Below are positions 33,864-56,176 of a stretch of DNA of 64,000 nucleotides, one piece after another. The notes under the pieces are model-generated. The model searched no databases. It was not told the origin of the DNA and saw only the letters and a program-made list of their open reading frames with translations. The position numbers and the translations under genes are program-made. Within the stretch, counting starts at the first letter, position 1, and each line of letters starts with the position of its first letter. This DNA comes from the human T2T-CHM13v2.0 reference genome, Homo sapiens. The stretch lies in assembly GCF_009914755.1 (NCBI RefSeq), contig NC_060937.1; one strand, written 5' to 3'.

Positions 33864-34224
33864 CAACCAGAGCAGCTGTGGGACCGCCCATCACAAGAGG
33901 CCACATAACTTCCCTTCATCAGTTTCCAGCAATCAGCTGGGAAAATTGTCCCATATGTGGGAGTGCCAAGTGGGGTGCAGGGTTAAGGCTGGGACACAGG
34001 CCACAGCGAGGTTACTGTCTGGCTGCAATTACGTGCACGCTGCGGGAATCCGGGGGTGCCTTGGGGAGCTGTTGCACTCCGGTTCTTTATAATTGCATGC
34101 TCGGAAATTACTCACCCTGCAACGTCTTGGGGCCTTCCCGGTTCAGCCTCTGCCCACGTGTTCCCCGAGGAGGAACAGCCTAGTCTTGGCGGGTTTGGAG
34201 CATCTCCACTGTGTTTATTAATTA

Positions 34225-35645
<1,421 letters not shown>

Positions 35646-35666
35646 TGAGGGGGATTCTGCTATTTA

Positions 35667-36284
<618 letters not shown>

Positions 36285-36699
36285 TTAGACACATACACAC
36301 ACACACACACGTCCTGAGGATATTTCTTCCCACGGAATGCTACCTGTTCATTTCTGCGTGTCTTGTGCCCTTAAAGTAAAGGTGGTGTCTTATCCTCAGC
36401 TGTCTCTGTGCACAGGGCCAGAGGAAGGAGTCTTGAGTTTCTTGGAAACAGTACCTGGTTGTAGCGCGGCTTAATCTCTGTCTCTTGAGCTGACCAGCCA
36501 GGTGAATTTGCCCCAAGTCACATTGGAAAAAGCTGGGCCTCTCTGCTCAGCAAACTGGGAGAGAAAAATTACAACCAGATTGGGTGCGCTCATTACTCCG
36601 ATGGCAAACACTGAAAAAAATGCCTTAGGTTATTTATTTATCTCGTTATTGACGTATTGGTGTGAATTACATCACTGAAGTACTTTGAAATATGTAGCT

Positions 36700-38646
<1,947 letters not shown>

Positions 38647-38875
38647 TTACATTATCTGAGGATTAAAGTGTGTTCACATTTCCAGTTTTGCCCATCAGGA
38701 AGGCATGTGATTTGAAAGTGTAATTGGCCGATGTCATTTTTGGGGAAACGCACAGCGTGCTGTGGACGTATTAACTTACTGTAAAGAATGTATGGGGTGT
38801 GTGGCCTCCTTGCAGGATTCTGGGACATGGGGTGAAGTCCCCACTATCAATGGGCACCCACAGGTGTGTGGATAC

Positions 38876-39940
38876 CCCACCCACCAGAGGCTCCAGCATG
38901 ATTTACCCACCAGAGGCTCCAGCATGATTTACCCACGAGAGGCTCCAGCATGATTTACCCACCAGAGGCTCTAGCATGATTTACCCACCAGAAGCTTCAG
39001 CATGATTTACCCACCAGAGGCTCCAACATAATTTACCCACCAGAAGCTCCAGCATGATTTACCCACCAGAGGTTCCAGCATGATTTACTCACCAGAAGCT
39101 CCAGCATAAATTACCCACCAGAAGCTCCACCATGGTCCACCCACCAGAAGCTCCAGCATGGTCCACCCATCAGAAGCTCCAGCATAATTTACCTCCAAGA
39201 AGCTCCCACTATGGTCTACTCACCAGAAGCTCCAGCATTGTCCACCCACCAGGAGCTCCAGCATGGTCCATCCACCAGAAGCTCCAGCATGATCCACCCA
39301 CCAGAAGCTCCAGCATGGTCCACTCACCAGAAGCTCCAGCATGGTCCACCCACCAGAAGCTCCAGCATAATTTACCCATGAGAAGCTCCAGCATGGTCCA
39401 CCCACCAGAAGCTCCAGCATGATTTACCCACGAGAAGCTCCAGCATAATTTATCCACCAGAAGCTCCACCGTGGTCTACTCACCAGAAGCTCCAGCATGA
39501 TTTACCCACCAGAAGCTCCAGCATGATTTACCCCACCAGAAGCTCCAGCATGCTCCACCCACCAGAAGCTCCACCATGGTCTATCCACCAGAAGCTCCAC
39601 TATGGTCCACCTACCAGAAACTCCAGCATGCTTCACCCACCAGAAACTCAGCATGGTCCATCCACCAGAAGCTCCACCATGGTCTACCCACCAGAAGCTC
39701 CACCATGGTCCACCTACCAGAAGCTCCAGTATGGTTCACCCACCAGAAGCCCCAGCATGGTCCACCCACCAGAAGCTCCACCATGGTCTACTCACCAGAA
39801 GCTCCAGCATTATTTACCCACCAGAAGCTCCACCATGGTCCACCCACCAGAAGATTCAGCATCGTCCACCCACCAGAAGCTCCAGCATCGCCCACCCACC
39901 AGAAGCTCCAGCATGGTCCACCCACCAGAAGCTCCAGCTT
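38876..39940 (+). repeat. 26-bp VNTR, ~40 copies
   Basis: Unit ccaccagaagctccagcatg(atttac/gtccac). Confidence 0.95.
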
Positions 39941-40109
39941 CTTCTAAAAAGCTGATGCTGTTTGCCGTATTTGCTTTCTTTTTCTGGGAGGTGGAGGTTG
40001 CAGTGAGCCAAGATTGCACCACTGTACTCTGGCCTGAGCAACAAAGGCAGAGACTCCATCTCAAACAAACATACAAACACAACAAAAACAAACAAACAAA
40101 CAAACAAAA

Positions 40110-41100
40110 ACACTTTATTTTAGGTCCAGGGGTACCTGTGCGGGTTTGTTATATAGGTAAACTCATGTCATAGGGGTTTGTTGTACAGATTATTTTGTCA
40201 CCCAGGTACAAACTTTGTACACAATAAGTTATTTTTTTCTGATCCATTTCCTCCTCCCAACCTGCACCCTTAAAGAAAATGTGCCACATATGCATGGAAT
40301 ACTATGCAGCCATAAAAAAGTATGAGCTCATATCCTTTGCAGGAACACAGCTGGAGCTATGGTATGCTTAGCAAACCAATGCAGGAACAGAAAACTAAAT
40401 ACCACACGTTTTCATTTAAAAGTGGGAGCCAGTTGGGTGTGGTGGCTCACACTTGTAATTCCATCACATTGGGAGGCCAAGGTGGGTGGATCACTTAAGG
40501 TCAGGAGTTTGAGACCAGCCTGGCCAACATGATGAAACCTCATTTCTCCTAAAAATACAAAAATTAGCTGGGCTTGGTGGCGCGTGCCTGTAATCCTAGA
40601 CACTTGGGGGGCACTGAGGCAGAAGACTCACTTGAACCTGGGTGGTGAAGGTTGCAGTGAGCCGAGATCGCGCCACTGTACTCCAGCCTGGGCGGCAGAG
40701 TGGGACTCAGTCTCAAAATAAATAAATAAATTTAAAAATAAAGATCCTATCATGAAAGAGCGTTACCAGCTGGGCACAGTGGCTCATGCCTGTAATTCCA
40801 GCACTCTGGGAGGCCGAGGAGGGCAGATCATTTGAGGACAGGAGTTCTAGACCAGCCTGACCAATATGGTGAAGTCCTGTCTCTACTGAAAATACAAAAG
40901 TTAGCCAGGAGTGCTGGCAGACACCTGTAATCACAGTGACCCAGGAGAATCACTTGAACTCAGGAGGTGGAGTGTACAGTGAGCCGAGATCTTGCCACTG
41001 CAGTCCATCCTGGGTGACAGAGTGAGACTCTGTCTCAAAAAAAATTAATTAATTAAAAATAAAAGTGAGAGCTAAATGATGAGAACCTATGGACAAGAGA
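40110..41100. mobile_element. 5'-inverted (twin-primed) L1PA 3' fragment with two inserted Alus (40430-40740, 40766-41062)
   Basis: Antisense L1 3' end at 40110-40270 joined to sense aaagaaaatgtg..ggaatactatgcagcc; aaaagtg(g/a)gagc duplicated around the Alus. Confidence 0.75.
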
Positions 41101-41306
41101 CACTGATTTTTTTTCCTGGTGTTACCCACATCATGAAGAATATTGTTTTTTCACCCCACTGATGCTTGGAACCACTTGTCAAGCAGTTTTCTCATATTGT
41201 TTTATTTAAATAGAAGGAAGAAGGGAAGACCCTGACCTTCCAGGGTACCTGGGGAGGTAAGAAGTAATCTATGTAACAGGAATGGGGAAAGAGAGCAGGT
41301 AGGTAG

Positions 41307-41855
<549 letters not shown>

Positions 41856-42061
41856 CAGTTGACTGCTTTTGTAATCAAGAAACCTTGTGATATATAAATA
41901 GCCACTTTCCAAAAAAAAAAAAAAAATCACCAGAATACCTCCAGTATTGACAAGCTGTGGGGTGTTGAGAGAATTCAAGATTGTCTTAGCAGCCTGGGAC
42001 CTTTCCGTAGTCCTGAACAGAACAGTGGACGATGATCTCATTGTTGAATCAGGAGGATGTG

Positions 42062-42508
42062 CTCCTATTCACAACAGCAAAGACTTGGAACCAACCCAAA
42101 TGCCCATCAGTGATAAACTGGATAAAGAAAATGTGGCACATAGACACCATGGAATACTATGCAGCCATAAAAAGGGATGCATTCATGTCCTTTGCAGGGA
42201 CATGCATGAAGCTGGAAGCCATCATTCTCAGCAAACTAACACAGGAACAGAAAACCAAACACCGCATGTTCTCACTCATAAGAGGGAGTTGAACAATGAG
42301 AACACATGGACACAGAGAGGGGAACATAACACACTGGGGCCTGTCTGGGGGTTGGGGGAAAGGGGAGGGACAGCATTAGGACAAATACATAATGCAGGCA
42401 GGGCTTAAAACCTAGATGATGGGTTGATAGGTGCAGCAAACCACCATGGCACATGTATACCTATGTAACAAACCTGCACGTTCTGCAAATGTATACCATA
42501 ACTTGAAG
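42062..42508 (+). mobile_element. 5'-truncated L1PA (older subfamily) 3' end
   Basis: [29 protein letters not shown] homology and 3'UTR gggttgataggtgcagcaaaccaccatggc. Confidence 0.9.
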
Positions 42509-42850
42509 TGAAGAAGGAGAAGGAGAAGGAGGAGAAGGAGAAGGAGAAGGAGAAGAAGAAGAAGAAGAAGAAGGAGAAGGAGAAGGAGAAGGAGAAGAAG
42601 AAGAAGAGGAGGAGGAGGAGAAGGAGGAGGAGGAGAAGGAGGAGGAGGAGGAGAAGGAGGAGGAAGGGTAAGGGGAAAAAGAAGAAGGAGAAGGAGAGGA
42701 GGAAGAAGAGGAAGAGGGAGAAGAGGTAGAAGAAGGAGAAGAAAGAGAAGGAGAGGAGGAAGGGGAAGAAGAGGAAGAAGAAGAAGAAGGAGAAGGAGAA
42801 AAGAAGGAGGAGGAGGAGCGGGAGGAGCAGGAGGAGAAGAAGAAGGAGGG
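42509..42850. repeat. (GAA/GGA)n polypurine tract in place of the L1 poly(A) tail
   Basis: ~340 bp almost pure purine. Confidence 0.95.
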
Positions 42851-43217
42851 TGTGTTTACATGGAAATTTGCTTCTAGCACCCAGTGGTTAAAAGACACGC
42901 AAAACCTGTAATCACAGAGAGGGTGGTGATGATGGTTTTTAAACATGTCATTCATTTGGAAGAAAACACTTGTGTCTTTACTTGTCTAGATGTAATGCCA
43001 AGTACCCACCCTTCCTGTACAGACAGAACTTCATTTACTATTTATTCAAGTTCCTCAAAGAGCAGGGTGAAATAGTTCCCTTTTCTATTTGGGGGTAAAT
43101 GGGTTATTATTTACGAGGGTTTTGTTAAGAGAATTGTAAATGATTTCTTCCCTGTCATCTGTCCAAACAGCTCAAGGGGGAACTTTATTAGAAACAAAGC
43201 ATGTATTAAAAAGTCTC

Positions 43218-43518
43218 GGCCAGGCACGGTGGCTCACATCTGTAATCCTAGCACTCTGGGAGGCCTAGGTGGGGGGATTACCTGAGGTCAGGAGTTCAAG
43301 ACCAGCCTGGCCAAGAAGGTGAAACCTGTGTCTACTAAAAATACAAAAATTAGCCGGACAAGGTAGAGGGTTCCTGTAATCTCATCTGCTCGGGAGGCTG
43401 AGGCAGAGAATTGCTTGAACGCGGGAGGCAGAGGTTGTGGTGAGCCGAGATCGTGCCACTGCACTACAGCCAGGGTGACAGAGTGAGACTCTGTCTAAAA
43501 AATAAAAATAAAAATAAA
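43218..43518 (+). mobile_element. AluS with TSD aaagtctc
   Basis: Dimer flanked by aaagtctc on both sides. Confidence 0.9.
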
Positions 43519-43639
43519 GTCTCTAAAATCTTCATTGAAAACTCATTTCGTCTCAAGACATCATTTATTTTGCAAATGTATTCTTCATGGGTGGCATGTG
43601 AATTTGTAATGTGATATAGAAATTTTGGAATTTACTTTT

Positions 43640-43744
43640 TTGTTGTTTTTTGGTTGTTATCTTTTTTTAAAATTTTATTATTATTATACTTTAAGTTTTA
43701 GGGTACATGTGCACGACATGCAGGTTGGTTACATATGTATACAT
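43640..43744 (-). mobile_element. Tiny L1PA 3' end insertion with TSD gaatttactttt
   Basis: tattatactttaagttttagggtacatgtgcac...tatacatg flanked by gaatttactttt. Confidence 0.85.
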
Positions 43745-44138
43745 GAATTTACTTTTAAAAAGTTTTAAATAAGAAGGAAATACTTTCTAGGTAAATTTAA
43801 TTGTATATAGAAGACCTAATGGGTGAGAATCTGCCTTGAAAGCTGGAGACACGTCAATAAATAAGAATACACAATTAGAATAAGAAAGAGTAACAAACAC
43901 TCTGCCCTCTAAAGCTTCCATCCTGCTTGGAGAAACCAAGAAAAACCCGAGAATCTTGGCCAAATACAATCTAGGGTAATGTAGTCAGGGAGCTGTCTGG
44001 TGAGTGTTGGAGGCCCCATAGGAACGCTGAGGAAGAAGAAGTTGAGGAAGAAGAAGACGCTTGTCACTAGAATTCTAAGAATAAGAAAGGACAAAGACAA
44101 AGTGATTTCACCAACGATGTCCAAGTTCTAATTATCTC

Positions 44139-45180
44139 GTGGTAGACAGAATAATGGCCCCAAAGATATCCATGTCCTAATCCCCATGTGGTAGACAGAA
44201 TAATGGCCCTAAAGATGTTACCAATATCCTATTCCCCATGTGGTAGACAGAATAATGTCCCCAGAGATGTCCATGTCCTAATCCCCATGTGGTAGACAGA
44301 ATAATGGCCCCAAAGATGTCCACATCCTAATCCCCATGTGGGAGACAGAATAATGATCCTAAAGATGTGACCAACATCCTATTTCCCATGTGGTAGACAG
44401 AATAATGGTCCCAGAGATGTCCATATCCTAATCCCCATGAGGTAGACAGAATAGTGGTCCCAAAGATGTCCACATCCTAATCCCGTGTGGTAGACAGAAT
44501 AATGGCCCCAAAGATGTCCATGTCCTAATCCCATGTGGTGAAAACAATAATGTTCCCAAAGATCTTCACCTCCTAATCCCATGTGGGAGACAGAATAATG
44601 GCCTCAAAGATGTCCACATCCTAATCCTCATGTGGGAGACAGAATAATGGCCCCAAAGATGTCCACATCCTAATCTCCATTTGGTAGACAGAATAATGGC
44701 CTCAAATATGTCCATGTCCTAATCCCATGTGGCAGACAGAATAATGGTCCCAAAGATGTCCACGTCCTAATCCTCATGTGATAGACAGAATAATGGCCCC
44801 AAAGATGTACACATCCTAATCCCCATGTGGCAGACAGAATAATGGCCCCAAAGATGTCCACGTCCTAATCCCCATGTGGTAGACAGAATAATGACCCCAA
44901 AGATGTCCACATACTAATCCCCATGTGGTAGACAGAATAATGGCCTCAAAGATGTACACATCCTTATCCCCACGTGGCAGACAGAATAATGGCCCCAAAG
45001 ATGTCCACATCCTAATCCCCATGTGGGAGACAGAATAATGGTCCCAAAGATACCCATGTCCTAATCCTCATGTGATACAGAGAATAATGGTCCCAAAGAT
45101 GTCCATGTCCTAATACTAGGTAGCAGACAGGATAATGGCCCCAAGGATGTCTACATCCTAATCCCCATGTGGTTGACAGA
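44139..45180 (+). repeat. 49-bp minisatellite, ~21 copies
   Basis: Unit tgtggtagacagaataatggccccaaagatgtccacatcctaatcccca. Confidence 0.95.
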
Positions 45181-45697
45181 GTAAGCACCCCCTTCCCCCC
45201 CTCAAAAAAAAATCCACATCCTAATTCTAGAAATCTGTAAAAACCTGTCATGGCTAAAATGATTTTGCAGATGTGATTAGTTTAAGAATCATGAGATGAA
45301 ATGACCCTGGATTATCCAGCTGGGTCTAAGATCATCACAGGATCTTTGTAAGAGGGAGGCAGGAGTGCCAGAGCCAGAGGAGGTGATGTTAGGACAAAAG
45401 CAAAGGTCAGAGTCACAGAGAAATTAGAAGATGCTGCACTACTGGCTCTGAAGTTCAAGGAAGGGTCCAGGAGCCAAGGAATACTCTAGAAACATTCCCC
45501 TAGAAGCAGGAAATGGCAAGGAAACTGATTCTCCTCCAGAACTTGCATCAAGAGGGAAGTTTTGCTGACACCTTGGTTTTAGGCCAGTGAGACCCAGGGT
45601 GGGCTTCAAAACTACAACACTGTAAGACAATACATTTGTGTTGCTTTAAGCCAATACGAATGTGATCATTGGTGATGGCGGCCAGAGGACACTCACA
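44139..45697 (+). mobile_element. MLT1D-like MaLR LTR with tandemly amplified 5' terminus
   Basis: After the array the normal LTR body continues (ttttgcagatgtgatta, ggattatcc, ggcaaggaaactgattctcc, tgtaagacaatacatttgtgttg..ttaagcc). Confidence 0.85.
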
Positions 45698-46036
45698 GAA
45701 GGAGTAATGTACTGGAGGTCTGCAGCAGGAATGAATTTGGCATGACTGGGGGGATGCCCAAGGGGGCAGCAAAGAAGAACAAGCAAAGGCTAAACGTGAT
45801 GACTCCTTGTTTTAGAAGAACCCCCTTCAGAAGAAGAATCAGTAAAGCAAAGGCTGAACTCAACTTTGTCTTCTTTTCTTCCCCAGACATAATTTACGTT
45901 ATTTTATTGGGACCACAGAGTCCCAGTTGGAGCAAGTGACCAGGGACAGAGTTACAAAGAAGCCATAGGGAAGTAGTTAGATTGTATTCTGACTTCGATG
46001 TGAAATTATTGGCGGGTTTTGAGTGGCAATGAGGGA

Positions 46037-46452
46037 TGTCTTATTCAGCTCGGGTTGCCATAACAAAAATTATAGACTGGGTGGCTTAAGTAACAGCCAT
46101 TGATTTCTCACAGTTCTGGAGATGGGGAAGTCCGAGATCAAGGTATGGCAGATTTATTGTCTGGAGTGGGTCCTCTTGCTGGTTCACAGATGGTGCGTTC
46201 AGAGAGAGAAAGAGAGAGAGAGAGAGAGCACTTTAGTGTCTCTCGCTCTTCTTATAAGGATACTAATCCCGTCATGAAGGACCCATCCTCATGACCTCAT
46301 CTAAACCTCATCACCTCCAGAGACTTCACCTCCTAATATCATCCCATTGGGGATTAGGGTTTCCATATGGTGCATTTTGGAGGGACATGACTACTAGGGG
46401 TTAGGCCTTCAACATACAAATTTTGGGAAACTTTGCTATTTAGTCATTCGCA
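46037..46452 (-). mobile_element. MLT1A-type LTR
   Basis: gccataacaaaa..tagactgggtggctta..tctcacagttctggag..cttcttataagg..ctcatgacctcatctaa. Confidence 0.8.
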
Positions 46453-47259
46453 AGGGATGAGGACCACAAGCTAAAAATCATCTCTATTTTTGAAAGATTT
46501 CTCTGCTTAAGAATAATTCCAGGATCAAAGCAGAAACCAGGACAGAAGCCAAGAGATCAATCAAGAGGATGTGGCTATGATCCAGATGACATATGTCATG
46601 CATGAGGGTGAAGAAAGCAAAGGCAGGAAAATCTGATCCAATTTGACAAATGTTTGAGGTCATTCAAGAGACTTGCCAATGAATTGTATAAGGGGGAGAT
46701 GAGAGAAAGAAGAGTTCAAAGTTTCCAAAGTCTTCTGCCAAAACACTTCTCAGGGGTGGTGGTGAATCCAGTGAAGGCTTTCCAGATGGTTTGGGATGGG
46801 TTAACTTGGAAGCCCTAATCATTTATCTGAGCTGAGAAGTTGAGGATACAGTTACATGCATGAATCTGAAGTAGAGAAAAGATGTCAAAGCCAGAGATGG
46901 GAATTTAGGATTTTGAGTGGATGTGTCAAGTCCTGGGGCTGAGTGAGATCCCCTGGAGAGAGAAGGAAGCTTATGTTTGAGCCCTAGTTCAGCCCAACAT
47001 TTAGAAGAACCCCTTTGGGAAGAGGAGAAGAATGAGCAAAGGCTAAATGTGACTCCCTGTTTTAGAAGAACCTCCTTCAGAAGAAGAACCAATAAAGCAA
47101 AGGCTGAACTCAACTTTGTCTTCTTTTCTCCCCCAGACATAATTTATGTTCTTTTATTGGGAGTTTGTTTCCCACTCAACCTTTCAGGTTAGAGCTCTGA
47201 AGTCACTTTTGATTTTTCCCTCAACACCAAAGAGACACAACAGTTTGCTTCTGTGGTGA

Positions 47260-47629
<370 letters not shown>

Positions 47630-48479
47630 TGACTTTGAATGCCTTCTCACTTCTTCCTTCCCACTCCATGCTCCAGGTTCAAAGACTCCATTACCACCAT
47701 CCATCCCATGCCAGAGTCTCCAGGCTTCCATCTTCAGTGCCATCCCTTCTCATCCATCCTATGCATGGGTTCCAAGGTAATAGGTCTAAACACATTTAGA
47801 CCTATTTAATATGTATAAGCATAAATGTTGACATGACTGGTCACAAAATGGTGGTTTCTCATCAACTGCAGAGAATAGTTCAGGATCCTTACCTAAGTGT
47901 CTGAAATCTTTCATAAATTCACACATGGAAAGATGTGGCCTCTCTGTCTGTACTTCATCACATCACACCCAGCACCTCAATCTCTGACTCCATCATCAAT
48001 TTCCTAGTTCCCTGAGTTTGCCTGCCCAGCCCTGAGTCATTGTAACATCTGATTCATCTTTTAAAGTTTAACAACAACAACAACAAAATCATCTGCTCTG
48101 AGAAGCCAGCCTTTCTCAGGTGCAGAGATTATCCCAGAGATAGACATATGGTTCAAGACAGGCTAGTTAACCTTCCCCTGAATTTGATCAGCTAAGACTG
48201 AGAGGGTGGTGGGAGAAGCTCAGACTGTGAATCTATAGCTGCAGCAGCTGGATTTTTTTTTCCATCCTGTATTCCAAGACTTTTTCTGAGAGAATCTAGT
48301 CTGGAACCCAGAGAGAAGCAGAGAGTTGAGAGAGTCATCAGAACTTGGGAGAACCCTGAGAAGCTGTCCACCTCTACTTTTTGAGACTGTTTTTCCTAGA
48401 CTCCCTTGCAGCTCTGTGTGACTGTATGATGAACTTTGAGCTCATGAGAAGTAAGTAGGAATGTATTAAGACCATAAAA

Positions 48480-48730
48480 ATCTCTTTAATTTTGTAAAAA
48501 AGTGAATGTGAACTCTTCCCTCTCCTTTTGCTGCTAGCTGCAATGGAGATGTGAGGGCTGGAGACCATGCCACCATATTGAACCATGAGTAGAAAGTCAC
48601 ATACTAAAATAGTGGAGCAACAACATTCAAAATGCCTGACATCTTGAATCTGTACAATAACCTGGACCCCTTGTTCTGGCCTCCTATCATATCAGAGAGA
48701 AACAAACTTCCATCTTATTTAAGTCATGAT
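48480..48730 (+). mobile_element. MLT1J-like LTR fragment
   Basis: gatgtgagggctggag..ccatattgaaccatgag..gagagaaacaaacttccatcttatttaagtca. Confidence 0.5.
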
Positions 48731-48779
48731 TATTTGCTTATTTCCATACATTTGTTTATGCAGTTATACGATATTTATT

Positions 48780-49215
48780 CCATCTATTATCTATCTATCA
48801 TCTATCCTATCTATCTAACCATCTACCCATCATCTATCCTATCTTTCTATCCCTCTCTCTATCATCTCTCTATCATCCTTCTTATTCTATGTGACTATCT
48901 ATCAACCATCTTATTCTAACTATCTATCTATCTACCTATCATCTCTCCTATCTAATCTATTTATCTATGTATCTATCCATCTTATCTATCTACCTATCAT
49001 TTATCTATCCTGTGTATCAATGTATCTATCATGTATCTATCTGTCCTAGTTATCTATCAATTATGTATCTATCCATCCTATTTATCTACCTATTTTATGT
49101 ATCTATTAAACATCTACATATCTATATATATTACCTATCATCTAGCTATTTATCTATCCTATGTATTTATCATCTATTTATTCTATCTATATCTATTTTT
49201 TTCTCTATCTATGTC

Positions 49216-49250
<35 letters not shown>
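48780..49250. repeat. (TATC)n tract
   Basis: Visible; ends in pure (TATC)n. Confidence 0.92.
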
Positions 49251-49251
<1 letters not shown>

Positions 49252-49881
49252 GAGATTTCTTAAGTCCTTGGGAATCCTGAGGTCAGCTCCATCATAGGAT
49301 CTCACAGTTATATTAGTTCAACAATTTTCTTTCTCTGCCTAACTTACTCTGAGTTGTGTTTCAGTTGCTGTTGATTGGAACAAACCTCAAAAAGAAATTG
49401 GGACTATTATAATATTGCATTTATGGGTGGCTGACTTATGATGCTGCCTTCCTTGTCTCTGGATCCTGAGTTCTGCATCCAACCCAGTTCCACAGCCTGG
49501 GTATCTAACCGTTTCCCTGGAACTCAGTAACATTTGAACTGAAATGCCATTTTCTTGTTGGGATCATTATAATACTTTGGAAAACTGCCTTGGAATTAAT
49601 GTGGTTACCCTTTGCATCTGTAAAATAAACAGGCATTTCTTTAGAAGGAGAAACTAAAGTTTCACAAAGACCTTCAGGGTCTGTTTTTCTTACACCAGAA
49701 GTCACACTCAGGCCAAGTAACATGTTCTGGTTCTGGCCCTTAGTGCTCCTGGTTGGACTAATGCCTGGGGCTCCCTCAAGGATTTCCTTCCCCATCTCTC
49801 CCTATTTTAGCCTCTCCCCAGGGGAAGAGGACATTGCTTTCATATCTTAACACCTTACCTGAAAATCCCCCATGTCTCTAA

Positions 49882-50215
<334 letters not shown>

Positions 50216-51005
50216 CTCTCTCCCTCTTTCTATGTATATGTCAGTCTTTCTCTCTCTGTGTCTCTCTTAGTGTCTCTCTTTCTTTGTATCTGTCCCTCTG
50301 TTTCTGTGTCTCCCTCTTTCTATCACTATCTCTCTGTGTGTTGCTGTCTCTTCATCTCTGTCTCCCTCTCTCTCTCTGTCTCTGTTTCTGCTTCTCTGTC
50401 TCCATCTCTTTCTCTCTCTGTGTCTCTCTTAGTGTCTCTCTGTCTGTCTCTGTCTTTCTCTCCATCTCTGTATCTGTCCCTCTGTTTCTGTGTCTCCCTC
50501 TTTCTATCACTGTCTCTCTGTGTGTTTCTGTCTCTTCATCTCTGTCTCCCTCTGTGTGTCTGTCTCTGTTTCTGTCTGTCTCTGTCTCTCTGTCTCCATC
50601 TCTTTCTGTGTCTCTCTTAGTGTCTCTCTGTCTGTCTCTGTCTTTCTCTCCATCTCTGTATCTGTCCCTCTGTTTCTGTGTCTCCCTTTCTATCACTGTC
50701 TCTCTGTGTTTCTGTCTCTTCATCTCTGTCTCGCTCTCTCTGTGTATCTGTCTCTGTTTCTGCTTCTCTGTCTCTGTCTCTCTGTCTCCATCTCTTTCTC
50801 TCTCTGTGTCTCTCTTAGTGTCTCTCTATCTGTCTCTGTCTTTCTCTCCATCTCTGTATCTGTCCCTCTATTTCTGTGTCTCCCTTTTTCTATCACTGTC
50901 TGTCTGTGTGTTTCTGTCTCTTCATCTCTGTTTCCCTCTCTCTCTGTGGGTCTGTCTGTTTCTGCCTCTCTGTCTCTGTCTCTCTGTCTCCATGTCTTTC
51001 TCTCC
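50216..51005. repeat. CT/GT-rich complex repeat with ~165-200-bp higher-order units
   Basis: Anchor tctcttagtgtctct recurs four times. Confidence 0.9.
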
Positions 51006-51221
51006 ACCTCCCTGTGAGGTGGGAGCCTCACCCTTAGCCCACTGGCTACCACCCTGGTCCACATCTTTCCCCCTAACAGCGACAGACGTAAAAACCACAG
51101 CTCCTCCCAGGACACTGCCTCAATGTGGCCCCATTTCTCTTCATCAGATCTCTCCCTTCAATGCTAATAAGTCTGTCTCCAACTCCGCGTTTCTTTTGGG
51201 GAAAAAAAAAAAGGAGAGGAA

Positions 51222-51553
<332 letters not shown>

Positions 51554-51917
51554 TCACCACTGGGTTGAAGCAAAGCCTTCTTCCAAAAGCAAAAATTGGA
51601 AAAATATGCTACCGACAGACTGCCCCTAAAGGTAATATTAAACAGGGACTCCAAAGGCAGAAGAGAAGCTGACCCAATGCGACATGAAAATTCAGGAAGG
51701 ACACAACAGCGGTGAGATCTCAAGATAATGTGAGTAATTGTAAATACATATTGACCTTATAAAACGAGTCATTGCCAAATTTGATCTGGTGACCTGTATA
51801 AAATGTCAGCTTCTGAGGGGAGAACACTGTCCACAATAACAACAAGGCTGTACACATAGGCATGGTGGCCTTGGGGAGCGTTTGCCAGGCTGCAAAAGCC
51901 ACCTCGCAGGTAGGTAG

Positions 51918-52203
<286 letters not shown>

Positions 52204-52629
52204 GTGAGTCCCACCCAGACCTTATCAAAACTACTCACTCCACCTGGGCCACTGCTGAAGCCCTATTTTGAAATTTCCCTTTTCCAGAGCTTTTTTCCTG
52301 TCCTAAGCCCCATAAATAAATGAAGGCACTTCTTTGGAAGGTTATGGAGTCTCTTTGACTAGTGCTAAAGGAAACAATTCACGCAGATGTATAAAACTTG
52401 CTTTTTTTAAAAAAAAAATTAACCTAAGCAGAATTTTCATATTAAAAACTCACTTTTTTGACAGAAAGTAACAGCTTCAGCATATAATTTGATGTTTCAC
52501 AAAGTTTAAACATTAAAAAAACTCTAAATTAAAAACAAAACAAATCTTATAGACTAGTCCTGCCATTAGAGAGGAATGTATTTAACTGACAGCTCTTTTA
52601 GTTGCGTTTCTTTTTACTAGACTGTGATA

Positions 52630-56176
<3,547 letters not shown>

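Noticed and set aside
42461-42955. Poly-Ser and poly-Lys/Glu/Arg ORFs
   Set aside because: Translation of the GAA/GGA tract
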